Assembly (NCBI GenBank): GCA_038247415.1
Contig: JBBRUX010000014.1
Span: 1 to 64,000, forward strand
DNA: 64,000 nt
Direction of reading: 5' to 3'
DNA from: Chitinivibrionales bacterium
GTDB taxonomy: Bacteria > Fibrobacterota > Chitinivibrionia > Chitinivibrionales > WJKA01
Position numbers and translations under genes: made by a program
Shown here: positions 9,520-18,907 of the stretch, one piece after another
Numbering within the stretch: the first letter of the stretch is position 1
Layout of the letters: each line of letters begins with the position of its first letter
Notes under the pieces: model-generated
The model's input: the letters and a program-made list of their open reading frames with translations, nothing else
Told to the model about the DNA's origin: nothing
Databases searched by the model: none

Positions 9520-11007
9520 ATGGCCAAGCAAAAAGTAGTTATCGTGGGTGCTGGTCCAGGGGGTTTAACCGCAGGAATGATTCTGGCCAAGCGTGGCTAT
9601 GATGTAGACATTTACGAAAAGAAAAAAGGCGTAGGGGGACGAAACGCTCCTATTTCGATAAATGGATATACTTTCGACACAGGCCCGACATTCCTTATGA
9701 TGACCTTTGTATTGCGGGAAATGTTTGCCGAAGCGGGTAGATCGCTTGATGATTACTGCAAGGTTGTTCCACTAGACCCCATGTACAAGCTCACTTTTAA
9801 AGAGTTTTCAATTTTTCCAACGCCCAATCGCGAAAAAATGAAAGCTCAAATTGCACAGCATTTTCCTGGGAACGAGAATGGGCTTGATCTGTTTTATAAA
9901 AACGAAAAAGTCCGCTACGATAAAATGTATCCGTGTCTCAAAAAAGATTATTCGACCCTTAAAGAAATGGTAAGCAAGCCGCTTTTGAAAGCTTTGCCGC
10001 ATTTATCTCTTGGCAAAAGCCTTATGGACGTGCTTAAAAACTACTTTACAGAAGAGCAGCTCAGAATCTGCTTTACATTTCAGGCAAAATATATTGGTAT
10101 GTCGCCGTGGGAGTGCCCCGCTGCGTTTGCCATAATGCCCTATATCGAATATTCGATGGGTATCGATCATGTTGAGGGCGGTCTAAGCCAGATTTCTGCA
10201 GCTATGGCACAGGTGATAGGGGAATTGGGTGGAAAAATTCATTGCGATACCCCGGTCAAGAAGGTATGCGTAAGTAATAAGAGAGCTACCGGTATAGAAC
10301 TTGCTTCTGGGGAAATTATCAATGCCGACAATGTGATCATAAATGCCGATTTTGGTCATGCAATGGAAACACTCTTTGAGCCCGGTGTAATCAAAAAGTG
10401 GGCCCCCAAAAAATTACGTGAAAAAAAATATTCGTGTTCAACATTCATGCTCTATTGGGGTGTGGATAAAATTTATGATGAGCCGCACCATAACATTATT
10501 TTCGCCAACGATTATAAGGAAAATGTAAAGGATATTATCAATCGCTCCCGCGTTTCAGATGACATGTCGGTTTACGTACGCAATGCAAGCATAACCGATT
10601 CAACAATTGCACCGGTAGGTCATTCGGCGCTGTATATTCTGGTACCAACTCCCAATATGAAGGAAAATCATGTATGGGATGAGGCTTCTACCAAGGCGTT
10701 TCGTGACAAAGTACTCAAGCGCATTATGCAGCAAACATCAATGAAAGATTTAGAAAGCCATATAACCTGCGAAAAGATAATAACCCCAGCAGAATGGCAG
10801 AATACCCGAGATTTGTTTCTTGGGGCGACCTTCAATTTAGGCCATACCATTACACAAATGCTCTATTTACGCCCTCGCAATAAATTTGAAGAAGTTGACA
10901 ATTGCTACCTTGTAGGCGGCGGAACGCATCCTGGGTCTGGGTTGCCAACTATTTACGAATCGGCAAGGATTTCGGCGAATTTGATTGAGAAGAATAAGAA
11001 AAAATAA
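9520..11007 (+). CDS. crtI: Phytoene desaturase family (CrtI/CrtN-like) FAD oxidoreductase
   Basis: GAGPGG Rossmann motif, YTFDTGPT, YLVGGGTHPGSGLPTIYESARI; start placed at ATG 9520. CrtI versus CrtN is not resolved. Confidence 0.8.
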   Translation: MAKQKVVIVGAGPGGLTAGMILAKRGYDVDIYEKKKGVGGRNAPISINGYTFDTGPTFLMMTFVLREMFAEAGRSLDDYCKVVPLDPMYKLTFKEFSIFPTPNREKMKAQIAQHFPGNENGLDLFYKNEKVRYDKMYPCLKKDYSTLKEMVSKPLLKALPHLSLGKSLMDVLKNYFTEEQLRICFTFQAKYIGMSPWECPAAFAIMPYIEYSMGIDHVEGGLSQISAAMAQVIGELGGKIHCDTPVKKVCVSNKRATGIELASGEIINADNVIINADFGHAMETLFEPGVIKKWAPKKLREKKYSCSTFMLYWGVDKIYDEPHHNIIFANDYKENVKDIINRSRVSDDMSVYVRNASITDSTIAPVGHSALYILVPTPNMKENHVWDEASTKAFRDKVLKRIMQQTSMKDLESHITCEKIITPAEWQNTRDLFLGATFNLGHTITQMLYLRPRNKFEEVDNCYLVGGGTHPGSGLPTIYESARISANLIEKNKKK

Positions 11008-11020
11008 GATAGGCAATCGG

Positions 11021-11048
11021 GAATAGCCCAATGTTTATTGGGCTATTC
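11021..11048. terminator. Hairpin between convergent crtI-like and aroE genes
   Basis: GAATAGCCCAAT-gttt-ATTGGGCTATTC perfect inverted repeat. Confidence 0.7.
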
Positions 11049-11108
11049 TAATTTTATCCCCGCATTGTTTCTTTTGTTTAGACTGCCTTAAAAGCATGAT
11101 TGATGGGC

Positions 11109-11987
11109 TCATTTACCTATCAAGGCCGAAAGTTCTGTGAGATCGATAATCGACGGATCGACAACAGTATTAGTAAAGTAGGTGTGCGAAGCAAGCGCTT
11201 GCAACAAAAGCATGCGCAATCCATTTTGAGTTTTGCATCCTGCTGCGCGGGCACGGGATAAAAAGAGTGTCTCGTGCGGATTGTAAATCGTATCAAAAAC
11301 ATACATAGTAGGATGAAAAAAGGAGTTGTCGAGTGGAGATTGAGAAAGGTCGGGATGCATTCCTACATTGGTGCAATTGAGCAGGAGGGTGCAATCCTTG
11401 CATACAGATGCGAGTGCGTCATCTGAAAACGAAGAAGTTTTAATGGTTGCACCTGTGGCATTATTAATTTCTAAGGCGAGATTATTGATTTTGTCACTAT
11501 TTCGCCCAACAAGGGTTATTGATGCAGCATCTTTGCGCAATGCCATTGCACTGCAAAGAGTACGTGCCGTTCCTCCATTGCCAAGAATCACGATGTTTTT
11601 ATCTGCAGGGGTAACACCATCTGCAGCTAATGCGGCAAAAAAGCCTTCTGCATCGGTTGTGGTGCCGTGGAGTTTTCCATTGCTCATGTAAAGAGTGTTA
11701 ACGGCGCCAATAATTTTTGAGAGCGGACTAATGGTGTCGCACAGATAAACAACTGCCTGTTTGTGAGGGATGGTAACATTTGCTCCGCAAAAATTAACTC
11801 TGCGCAGAGTTTTAACAACACTCCGCACATCTGCTGCCGATACGTTAAGGGGAATATAGACATAAGGTAGATTGAGCGTTGCGTAGATATGATTATGAAT
11901 AGCAGGAGACAACGAGTGGGCAACAGGATCACCCAACAAGGCCACAATTTTACTTTCGCCTGTAATTGCATGCGAGAGAATGCTCAC
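11109..11987 (-). CDS. aroE: Shikimate dehydrogenase
   Basis: GDPVAHSLSPAIHN, GANVTIPHK, GAVNT, TTDAEGF, GNGGTA, DTIYNP. Confidence 0.93.
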   Translation of the reverse strand: MSILSHAITGESKIVALLGDPVAHSLSPAIHNHIYATLNLPYVYIPLNVSAADVRSVVKTLRRVNFCGANVTIPHKQAVVYLCDTISPLSKIIGAVNTLYMSNGKLHGTTTDAEGFFAALAADGVTPADKNIVILGNGGTARTLCSAMALRKDAASITLVGRNSDKINNLALEINNATGATIKTSSFSDDALASVCKDCTLLLNCTNVGMHPDLSQSPLDNSFFHPTMYVFDTIYNPHETLFLSRARAAGCKTQNGLRMLLLQALASHTYFTNTVVDPSIIDLTELSALIGK

Positions 11988-12931
11988 TCGTTTTGGCCCT
12001 TGAAAAAGGCCTTAATAGAATTACGGCCAGCATTTTTTGCTCGGTAGAGCGCCACATCTGCTTCTTCTACCATTTCGCTTGGGGCAGTCATGTCGGGCCT
12101 AAATGCTGTAACTCCCAACGATGCCGAGAGTCTGCCAGAAGGCAGAAGGGATTCGTTAACGAAGCGGTAATCAAAAATAGCGCTCCGGATATTTTCTGCG
12201 GTACGTAGGGCAATGTCAAGGCGTTGCGATGGGAGAATTATAGAAAACTCCTCGCCCCCATAGCGCGCCACAGTATCTTCGGTAGAGCACACAGCATGCA
12301 GCACGCGCACTGTTTCGATAAGTGCTAAATCACCTTTGATATGGCCATTAAGGTCGTTATAGATTTTGAAATGATCTAAATCGAGCATGATGAGGGCAAA
12401 GACACTTCCATAGGTTTTGGCAGCAGTAAAGTTTCTGCGAAGTTCCTGGTCAAAAAATTGTCTGCTATAGGCTTTTGTAAGGTCGTCGGTAAGAGCCCTG
12501 TTTGCTGTGTCTACGTATTCGCGTGCGTCAATAATCTTAGGGTGAACAATACGTTTTTTAATATTCGTATAATAGTCGAGAGTTGCAACATGAATGCCAA
12601 TATTGCGACCAAGCTTTTCAGACATGAGAAACTTATGCTTAAGAATTTCTTTCCAATCGCGCTCGGCCTCGGCTTCGGGCAAACGAATTTGAATAAGCGC
12701 AAAAATTATGTCACGATGAAATGTTCCAGGTTTTTTCCCCAGCGATAAGAGCGCAAATTCGTCGTCGTTAATGTGATCAACAACATCGCCACTTGCTTTT
12801 TCGATTACATTTTGATCGGTAAGTTTCTGGAGATTATCGATATCATCTTTTTTAAGGGATGCGCCCGAAAGCGATGAGATATCGTCGGGCATAAATGGAG
12901 AAGAGAGATTATTTTCTTGCGATTGATCCAT
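11984..12931 (-). CDS. Diguanylate cyclase (GGDEF domain) with small cytoplasmic N-terminal domain
   Basis: DLDHFKIYNDLNGHIKGD, ARYGGEEF, ALYRAKNAGRN; stop overlaps the aroE start by 4 nt. Confidence 0.9.
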   Translation of the reverse strand: MDQSQENNLSSPFMPDDISSLSGASLKKDDIDNLQKLTDQNVIEKASGDVVDHINDDEFALLSLGKKPGTFHRDIIFALIQIRLPEAEAERDWKEILKHKFLMSEKLGRNIGIHVATLDYYTNIKKRIVHPKIIDAREYVDTANRALTDDLTKAYSRQFFDQELRRNFTAAKTYGSVFALIMLDLDHFKIYNDLNGHIKGDLALIETVRVLHAVCSTEDTVARYGGEEFSIILPSQRLDIALRTAENIRSAIFDYRFVNESLLPSGRLSASLGVTAFRPDMTAPSEMVEEADVALYRAKNAGRNSIKAFFKGQNE

Positions 12932-13333
12932 AAAAATTTGAAATCCTCGTTTAAGGGCTTAACAAGCACTCTCTAGCAATTCCGAATTAAGGGCAATGAA
13001 ATTGTGCAGCTCTGAAAGACCCTTGATTTAAAATAGTATTTGTGGGATGAATCGAGGGGTAATTCCTGGTGGGTCGATCAGGTATTTCGTTACGTTGAGA
13101 TAGTTGAGTGTTTTAAAAACAACTGGTTCGCGTTGCAGAAAAATGCTGATCTGCGGTTGTTGATATAAAAAATCAACGCTTCTATGGGCGAAAACTATTT
13201 TTTTTATCTTAGTAAAACAAAATTTACTATATTCTATAATGATCCATAAGGTTTATTGTGGTGGTTATTGTTTTTAGTGTTGATTTTAATGTTGTTAGAA
13301 TCGTTTTTATCACTTTTTCTGGAGGAGTTTGGT

Positions 13334-14218
13334 ATGAAGAGGAGTTTTTCAAAAGTTTTGGGGATGGTATCTGCTGCTGTTTTGGTTTCTGCAACAATAA
13401 TGCAGGTTGGTGCTACGCCACTAACCCCGTTTCCAGCAAATGGTTTAAGAAGCACACAGGCTAATGCAACAATGTTTCCGACTAGTTACGGACCCTATAA
13501 TGCACGTTCAGCTATTTGTGACCTTGACTCTGCAATATGCGATACATTCCTTTCTAATTTTAGACCCAATTTCTGGATCATGTTCCCTCAAGTGGATTTT
13601 GGAACAACAGGTTTAAAATTGCGTGATACTATTTATACCTGGTACGGTGTGCCATGGAATGATGCTGGTAGAAGGCTCCGGATCGTTTTGGATACCGTTG
13701 GCGATTTTTCCACAGGTGATACTATGGCCGCATCTCGTAACACGCTTGGCCAGGTAATTACAAACTGGACTAATGGAGGTTGGGATGGGGTTGATGTTAA
13801 AACTGGTTTGGTTTCGGTAAAAACACCTGTTACAGGCGTACATGATGTCTACGTTGTAGCTTTTGATCCAGCTAATACGAATTCTGGTGGTGTTTGCAAT
13901 TTTTATGGCTTAGCTTTTGGGCCAACGCTTCCCAATAATGAAGCAGGAATTAGGGGAGCAAGTGTTCATTCTTTGCGCAATGCAGCACTAGGCTTTTCTG
14001 TTAAAAATACAGCATCTAACCTTTTGGTTAGTCTCCCCTCTCAAAATAATTGGGACGTTTCTGTCGTAAGCGCCACAGGTGCGGTACGCTCGAGTGTTTC
14101 TGTACATGGCGCAAGCAGTGCTGTTCTTGGATTAAAGACTCTTGTTGCTGGATCGTATATTGTTCGTGCTCAGAGCAGCGCTGGAACTTTTTCTCAGTCA
14201 GTTGTTATCTCTCGCTAA
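13334..14218 (+). CDS. Secreted CBM6-like carbohydrate-binding protein with T9SS-type C-terminal domain
   Basis: SD GGAGG before ATG 13334; signal peptide; VDFGT...TNGGWD...TGVHDVYVV (CBM6-like); C-terminal LVAGSYIVRA. Confidence 0.6.
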   Translation: MKRSFSKVLGMVSAAVLVSATIMQVGATPLTPFPANGLRSTQANATMFPTSYGPYNARSAICDLDSAICDTFLSNFRPNFWIMFPQVDFGTTGLKLRDTIYTWYGVPWNDAGRRLRIVLDTVGDFSTGDTMAASRNTLGQVITNWTNGGWDGVDVKTGLVSVKTPVTGVHDVYVVAFDPANTNSGGVCNFYGLAFGPTLPNNEAGIRGASVHSLRNAALGFSVKNTASNLLVSLPSQNNWDVSVVSATGAVRSSVSVHGASSAVLGLKTLVAGSYIVRAQSSAGTFSQSVVISR

Positions 14219-14242
14219 TTTTTTTGGACTGTTTAAGGTTTC

Positions 14243-14273
14243 TTAAAAGGGCGAATGCAATTCGCCCTTTTAA
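14243..14273 (+). terminator. Intrinsic terminator
   Basis: TTAAAAGGGCGAAT-gca-ATTCGCCCTTTTAA. Confidence 0.75.
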
Positions 14274-14480
14274 ATAAAGTTTTTTAAAAGATTTTTGTAT
14301 AAATAAGTATCGTGTTATTTATTCGATTAAGTGCAAACTTTACGTGAGCAGAGATCTGGCAGATTGTCTTTTTGAAATTTGACAACAGACGCTTGTGTGA
14401 GTAAAAAGCAATTATTTCAAGAGCGTTGTATATAAATATGAATCACACGTTTTTTACCATTGTCCGAAGGGCAGATTGAT

Positions 14481-16625
14481 ATGCGAACAAAAAAAGTGAT
14501 TTTTGCAGCAGGAATTCTGGCGCTTAGCATGGCGAACATCGCTCTTGGTCAGGAAACTTTTCCTAAAATTTACCCTACACCTCTCGATCCAGGTTGGAAT
14601 GATGTAACGAAATATGGCGCCGACAAAACTGGTAAAGTCGATGCGACTTCTATTATTCGAACCATTCTAAAACGCAGCTCTGACTATACTATTCCTTTGC
14701 AAATTTATTTCCCTGCAGGAACCTATCTTGTTTCGGATTCCATGGGTTTTACCGAGGTTAACAAATGCAATGTTACGTTTCGCGGTCAAGGCCCTGAGCA
14801 CTCAATAATCAAGCTGGTAAATAATGCCGCCGCTTTTACCACCCCCAAAGCAATTTTTTCTACTTCATCGGGCAATATGCAATTTAAAAATCATTTTTTT
14901 GATCTTGGTATTAATATTGGAAAAGGCAATAAAAATGCTATTGGTGTCGATTTTATAGCCAATAATCGCGGTGCTATGGAAAATATTCGCATTGTTTCTG
15001 GTGACAGCACAGGATATTGTGGAATTATAATGGAGCGCGGATGGCCAGGGCCTTGCTTATTGCGCAATATTACTGTTGAGGGCTTTGATTATGGAATTCG
15101 GGTAGGTTGTACAGAATATGGCCCAACCTTCGAAAATATCACGCTCAAAAACCAGAAACTGGTTGCGTTTAATAATCCTAGCAACATTGTAGCAATTCGC
15201 AATCTTACTACTGTTGGGACAGGTAAATCACTTGTAAATGGCAATATGGCAATTCTTCTTGGTGCAAATCTTGGTAGCCCTCCTATTGAAACGGGTACCC
15301 AAGCAACTACGTATTATCGAGATGTTAAAATTAATGATAAAGCAATTTCTGATTGGTCATCACAGCCTTCACGAAGATTGTTTACAGATGCGCGTAACGA
15401 CCAGCCACTCAAATTGCCGGTAAAAGAAACTCCCGATTTTCACGATAATACTATGACAAATTGGTTTGATATCGGATCTATTGGCGACAAAGAGGCTTTC
15501 AATAATGGTCGGGCCCTTATTGAAGCTGGTATGGTGAATAAAACAACACTTTATTTTCCAATGCATCCATCATCAACACTTGGAAAATTCTATGGCGCAT
15601 ATGGCATCGCAGATACGATCCGAATTCCTAAAAATATTCGCAAAATTTATGGAACAGAGACTTTTTTAAATGCCACAGCAATTGTGGCAAAAAAGTATTC
15701 GAGATATGGCTTGACCCCTGCTCTTTCGACGCTTTATATTCTTGTCGATCAAGGTGATAGCACCGACCCTGCATTGATCATTGAGGGCATTGAGTTTGGT
15801 TCTACTACTATTATTCATAACTGTTCACGGGCTATTGCACTAAAACATACCAATATCCCTACAATCGTTTCCGGCGCAAATGCAGGGGATCTGTTTTTTG
15901 AAGATGTAATTGGCTTCTATATGAATCAACAGCATCGCAGCAAAGTGTGGGCGCGTCAATGGAACTCCGAAACGCTTACCGAAGGAAGTCTTGTTCCACG
16001 CATCGAAAATAATGGTGGAGATATGTGGGTTTTTGGTCTCAAGACAGAAGGTCTTGGTTCTGTTCTCAAGACGTTTAATAGAGGAAGAACCGAAGTGTAT
16101 GGAACACTTTTGTATCCTGTCACAAAGCCAACGATAAATGACACCGGCATTGCGGCATTTACCATAGATTCTATTTCGAGTGCAAATTTCATTTTTGCCG
16201 AAAGAGCCTATCCTGGAAATGGTTTTTACAGAAGAATTATTGAAGAAACAAGAAGTGGCATCACCAAGCAATTTCGGTTTGATAGTTTGATTGGGGCGAA
16301 TATGAACATGTTTATTGGTAAAGCTGTTGATTTCTCGGATCCTTTTCTTAAACCCGAAATTCCGACAGTGGGAATTGCTAAGCCACCTGCGGTAGCTGGT
16401 ATCATTAGGGCTTTGCCAAAGCCATCTGCATTGGTAAGCTTACACGCGCAAAAATCGCTCTATTTAGGTACTGGTGTGGCAGGTGTTGCGCTGTATTCTG
16501 TGAATGGCCAAAAACTTTGGGGTTATTCGCGAACAGACGCGAAATTGCCAAAAACGGTTGTTGTCCCCGGCGCTGTTGCTGCTAACCGAGTGGCGATTGT
16601 TAAGTATTCGACAGCCGCTCATTAG
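14481..16625 (+). CDS. Secreted pectate-lyase-3-fold (GH55/GH28-related beta-helix) protein
   Basis: Signal peptide; NDVTKYGADKTGKVDAT, IYFPAGTYLVS, WPGPCLLRN, WARQWNSE, GLKTE; C-terminal LYSVNGQKLW tail. Confidence 0.7.
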   Translation: MRTKKVIFAAGILALSMANIALGQETFPKIYPTPLDPGWNDVTKYGADKTGKVDATSIIRTILKRSSDYTIPLQIYFPAGTYLVSDSMGFTEVNKCNVTFRGQGPEHSIIKLVNNAAAFTTPKAIFSTSSGNMQFKNHFFDLGINIGKGNKNAIGVDFIANNRGAMENIRIVSGDSTGYCGIIMERGWPGPCLLRNITVEGFDYGIRVGCTEYGPTFENITLKNQKLVAFNNPSNIVAIRNLTTVGTGKSLVNGNMAILLGANLGSPPIETGTQATTYYRDVKINDKAISDWSSQPSRRLFTDARNDQPLKLPVKETPDFHDNTMTNWFDIGSIGDKEAFNNGRALIEAGMVNKTTLYFPMHPSSTLGKFYGAYGIADTIRIPKNIRKIYGTETFLNATAIVAKKYSRYGLTPALSTLYILVDQGDSTDPALIIEGIEFGSTTIIHNCSRAIALKHTNIPTIVSGANAGDLFFEDVIGFYMNQQHRSKVWARQWNSETLTEGSLVPRIENNGGDMWVFGLKTEGLGSVLKTFNRGRTEVYGTLLYPVTKPTINDTGIAAFTIDSISSANFIFAERAYPGNGFYRRIIEETRSGITKQFRFDSLIGANMNMFIGKAVDFSDPFLKPEIPTVGIAKPPAVAGIIRALPKPSALVSLHAQKSLYLGTGVAGVALYSVNGQKLWGYSRTDAKLPKTVVVPGAVAANRVAIVKYSTAAH

Positions 16626-16644
16626 GTATATTGTTTGGTCTCAT

Positions 16645-16688
16645 AAGAAAGGCTCTTTGGCGTTTGCCCCAGAGCCTTTCTTTTTTTT
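16645..16688 (+). terminator. Intrinsic terminator
   Basis: AAGAAAGGCTCT...AGAGCCTTTCTT followed by a T-run. Confidence 0.8.
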
Positions 16689-16844
16689 GCGCCCTATCTT
16701 TATTCCGGCCATCACTTCGCTCCTTGCGCTCTCCCTAAACCCCATAGTCTCCGGTATTTTATTTTAAGTGTAGATATAACACATTACGTAATTTGCATTA
16801 ACGCCTTGAAAATAAAGGAATTATATCATTGCCAGAGTTTAGAT

Positions 16845-16880
16845 AAGGGCTATCTTTAAATATAGATAGCCTTTTTTTTT
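16845..16880 (+). terminator. Second, orphan intrinsic terminator
   Basis: AAGGGCTATCT-N8-AGATAGCCTTT followed by a T-run; no ORF lies between it and the previous terminator. Confidence 0.65.
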
Positions 16881-16888
16881 AAGGGATA

Positions 16889-16917
16889 TTGACATCGGCC
16901 TAAAGTTCTCCTAGATT
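16889..16917 (+). promoter_or_regulatory. Sigma70-type promoter for the 16988 gene
   Basis: TTGACA-N17-TAGATT. Confidence 0.6.
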
Positions 16918-16987
16918 AAGTAATACTAATTGATGAGGCTATTCAACAAAATTAGGTCCCTTTACTCTGTTGTTGTAAGGAGAACGT

Positions 16988-17611
16988 ATGGTTTGTAAGG
17001 TGTGCAATAAATCGATCTCTGATAATGCTTTTATGTGCCCAAGTTGCGGGGAGCCCTACGAAATTAAAAATATTCTTTCGGCCCACACGCAGCGGCTCGG
17101 CCTTTTATCTGAGGCATTTGCCGTCATGCTCGATTCGCAGGCGTTTATTTTGTCGGCACTTGGTAAAACCGATTCAGCGATTTCGCAAAAGCATGCAACG
17201 GATCTCGCTTCTCTCAGTGGCCGACTCCGCAAGAGTGAGAGTCCAATCGCCCCTAAGCTTCATGATACGCGTACTATCAATGTTGGGACTGTTGTAGCCA
17301 AGCCTATAATGGCCGCTGTTGGAAGTAAGCCAGCAACGCAAAAAATTATTGTTGAGCAGCCAGTTCCTGCTAAGCCAGTTCCAAAACCAGAATTTAAAAG
17401 CCCCCCGCCCCAAGCTGCGTCACTACCAAAGGCTCCTGCCCCAAAACCTATTGAAATACTAGGGACAGCACACAGTGATGACGATGATATTGCAATTTTT
17501 GAGATCAAATCGGCACCTCCGGTACCTCAAAAAAGGGCACCTCAACCCGCACCTGCAATGGCTTCGAAATCGGCTCAAAAAGTAGAAGAAGTAGATCTCT
17601 TCGATTTGTAA
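16988..17611 (+). CDS. Zinc-ribbon protein with Pro/Ala-rich linker and acidic tail
   Basis: CKVC...CPSCG at the N-terminus; SD AAGGAG; PAKPVPKP low-complexity region; ends EEVDLFDL. Confidence 0.7.
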   Translation: MVCKVCNKSISDNAFMCPSCGEPYEIKNILSAHTQRLGLLSEAFAVMLDSQAFILSALGKTDSAISQKHATDLASLSGRLRKSESPIAPKLHDTRTINVGTVVAKPIMAAVGSKPATQKIIVEQPVPAKPVPKPEFKSPPPQAASLPKAPAPKPIEILGTAHSDDDDIAIFEIKSAPPVPQKRAPQPAPAMASKSAQKVEEVDLFDL

Positions 17612-17683
17612 TGGTGTGCTGAAATTTTGCGCGGAAAGATTGGCGTGGAAGGTTTTTAAGAATTGATAAAAAGTAGTAATCGA

Positions 17684-17715
17684 ACAAAACCACCGAGGGA
17701 TCTCGGTGGTTTTGT
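17684..17715. terminator. Bidirectional terminator between convergent genes
   Basis: ACAAAACCACCGAG-ggat-CTCGGTGGTTTTGT perfect 14-bp stem. Confidence 0.85.
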
Positions 17716-17730
17716 GTTATAAGGCGGGCC

Positions 17731-18720
17731 TTATGGCACTTCTACACCATCGAAGAGCTTTTGAATAACATCTTCTGAGGTCATGCTTTCGGCTTCTGCT
17801 TCGTAGGTCAGCAGAATGCGATGGCGCAATACGTCCATACCAATAGATTTAATATCTTCAGGGGTTACATACCCTCTGCCACGAATAAAAGCATGTGCTC
17901 GCGCTGCTTTGGTAAGGCAGATGGTTGCTCGGGGAGAAGCCCCAACGCTAATGAGCGGAATAAGGCTGGATAATCCCGCCTCGGCAGGGTTTCGCGTTGC
18001 GCACACCAGGTTGACAATATAATCTTCTACTTTAGGATCCATATAAATTTCGTTCACCAGTGCGCATGCTTTTGTAATGCGCGCCGCATCAATCACCTTG
18101 CCTACGGTAGGCATTTCTCCCTTACCCATGCGCTCGAGGATTTGCTTTTCTTCCTCTTTTGTTGGGTAGGTTATTTTGAGCTTAAGCATGAAACGGTCTA
18201 CCTGCGCCTCGGGGAGCGGATAGGTTCCTTCTTGTTCGATAGGATTTTGCGTTGCAAGAACCAGGAAAGGGTCGGCAAGGGGATGTGTGGTTCCGCCAAT
18301 GGTAACTTGACGTTCCTGCATAGCTTCAAGCAGCGCACTCTGCACTTTGGCGGGTGCCCGATTAATTTCGTCTGCAAGGACTATATTAGTAAAAATAGGT
18401 CCTTTTTTAACGACAAAGTCTCCGGTTTTCTGGTTATACACCATGGTACCAATCAGATCGGCAGGCAAAAGATCTGGGGTAAATTGGATCCGCTGAAAAC
18501 CCGTATCAATTGCTTTTGCAAGTGTTGACACAGCAAGAGTTTTTGCGAGGCCGGGAACGCCTTCGAGAAGAATATGTCCCCGCGTTAAAAGTCCAATAAG
18601 CAAGCGATCGATCATTTTGGTTTGACCAACAATAACTTTTGAAAGCTCACCCCGCACTAAACTCACAAAACTTGACTCTTCGGCAATCTTTTCGTTGATG
18701 CGCGTTATGTCGACCGACAT
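17731..18720 (-). CDS. moxR: MoxR-family AAA+ ATPase
   Basis: HILLEGVPGLAKT, RIQFTPDLLPAD, LADEINRAPAKVQSALLEAMQE, YPLPEAQVDRF; start at ATG 18720 (MSVD) after SD AAGGA. Confidence 0.92.
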   Translation of the reverse strand: MSVDITRINEKIAEESSFVSLVRGELSKVIVGQTKMIDRLLIGLLTRGHILLEGVPGLAKTLAVSTLAKAIDTGFQRIQFTPDLLPADLIGTMVYNQKTGDFVVKKGPIFTNIVLADEINRAPAKVQSALLEAMQERQVTIGGTTHPLADPFLVLATQNPIEQEGTYPLPEAQVDRFMLKLKITYPTKEEEKQILERMGKGEMPTVGKVIDAARITKACALVNEIYMDPKVEDYIVNLVCATRNPAEAGLSSLIPLISVGASPRATICLTKAARAHAFIRGRGYVTPEDIKSIGMDVLRHRILLTYEAEAESMTSEDVIQKLFDGVEVP

Positions 18721-18907
18721 ATTCACAATCCTTTCCTGCTCTAAACGTATACAAGGTGGCATTTGAATTGGGAAAATCCCGAGCAATTGCAAAATAGCCC
18801 AAAGAGGGGCTATAGAACTTAGCATAATATACGAAATTGGCATCAGTTTATTTTAATATGGATAGTTACACTTCTTCATCAATATTTATTGCACGCAAAG
18901 GTCGGAT

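Noticed and set aside
18721..18843. N-terminal extensions in the ORF track (moxR; likewise 9475, 13256, 26325, 41535, 44196, 47715, 50118)
   Set aside because: Downstream starts fit better with SD sites, signal peptides or gene overlaps.
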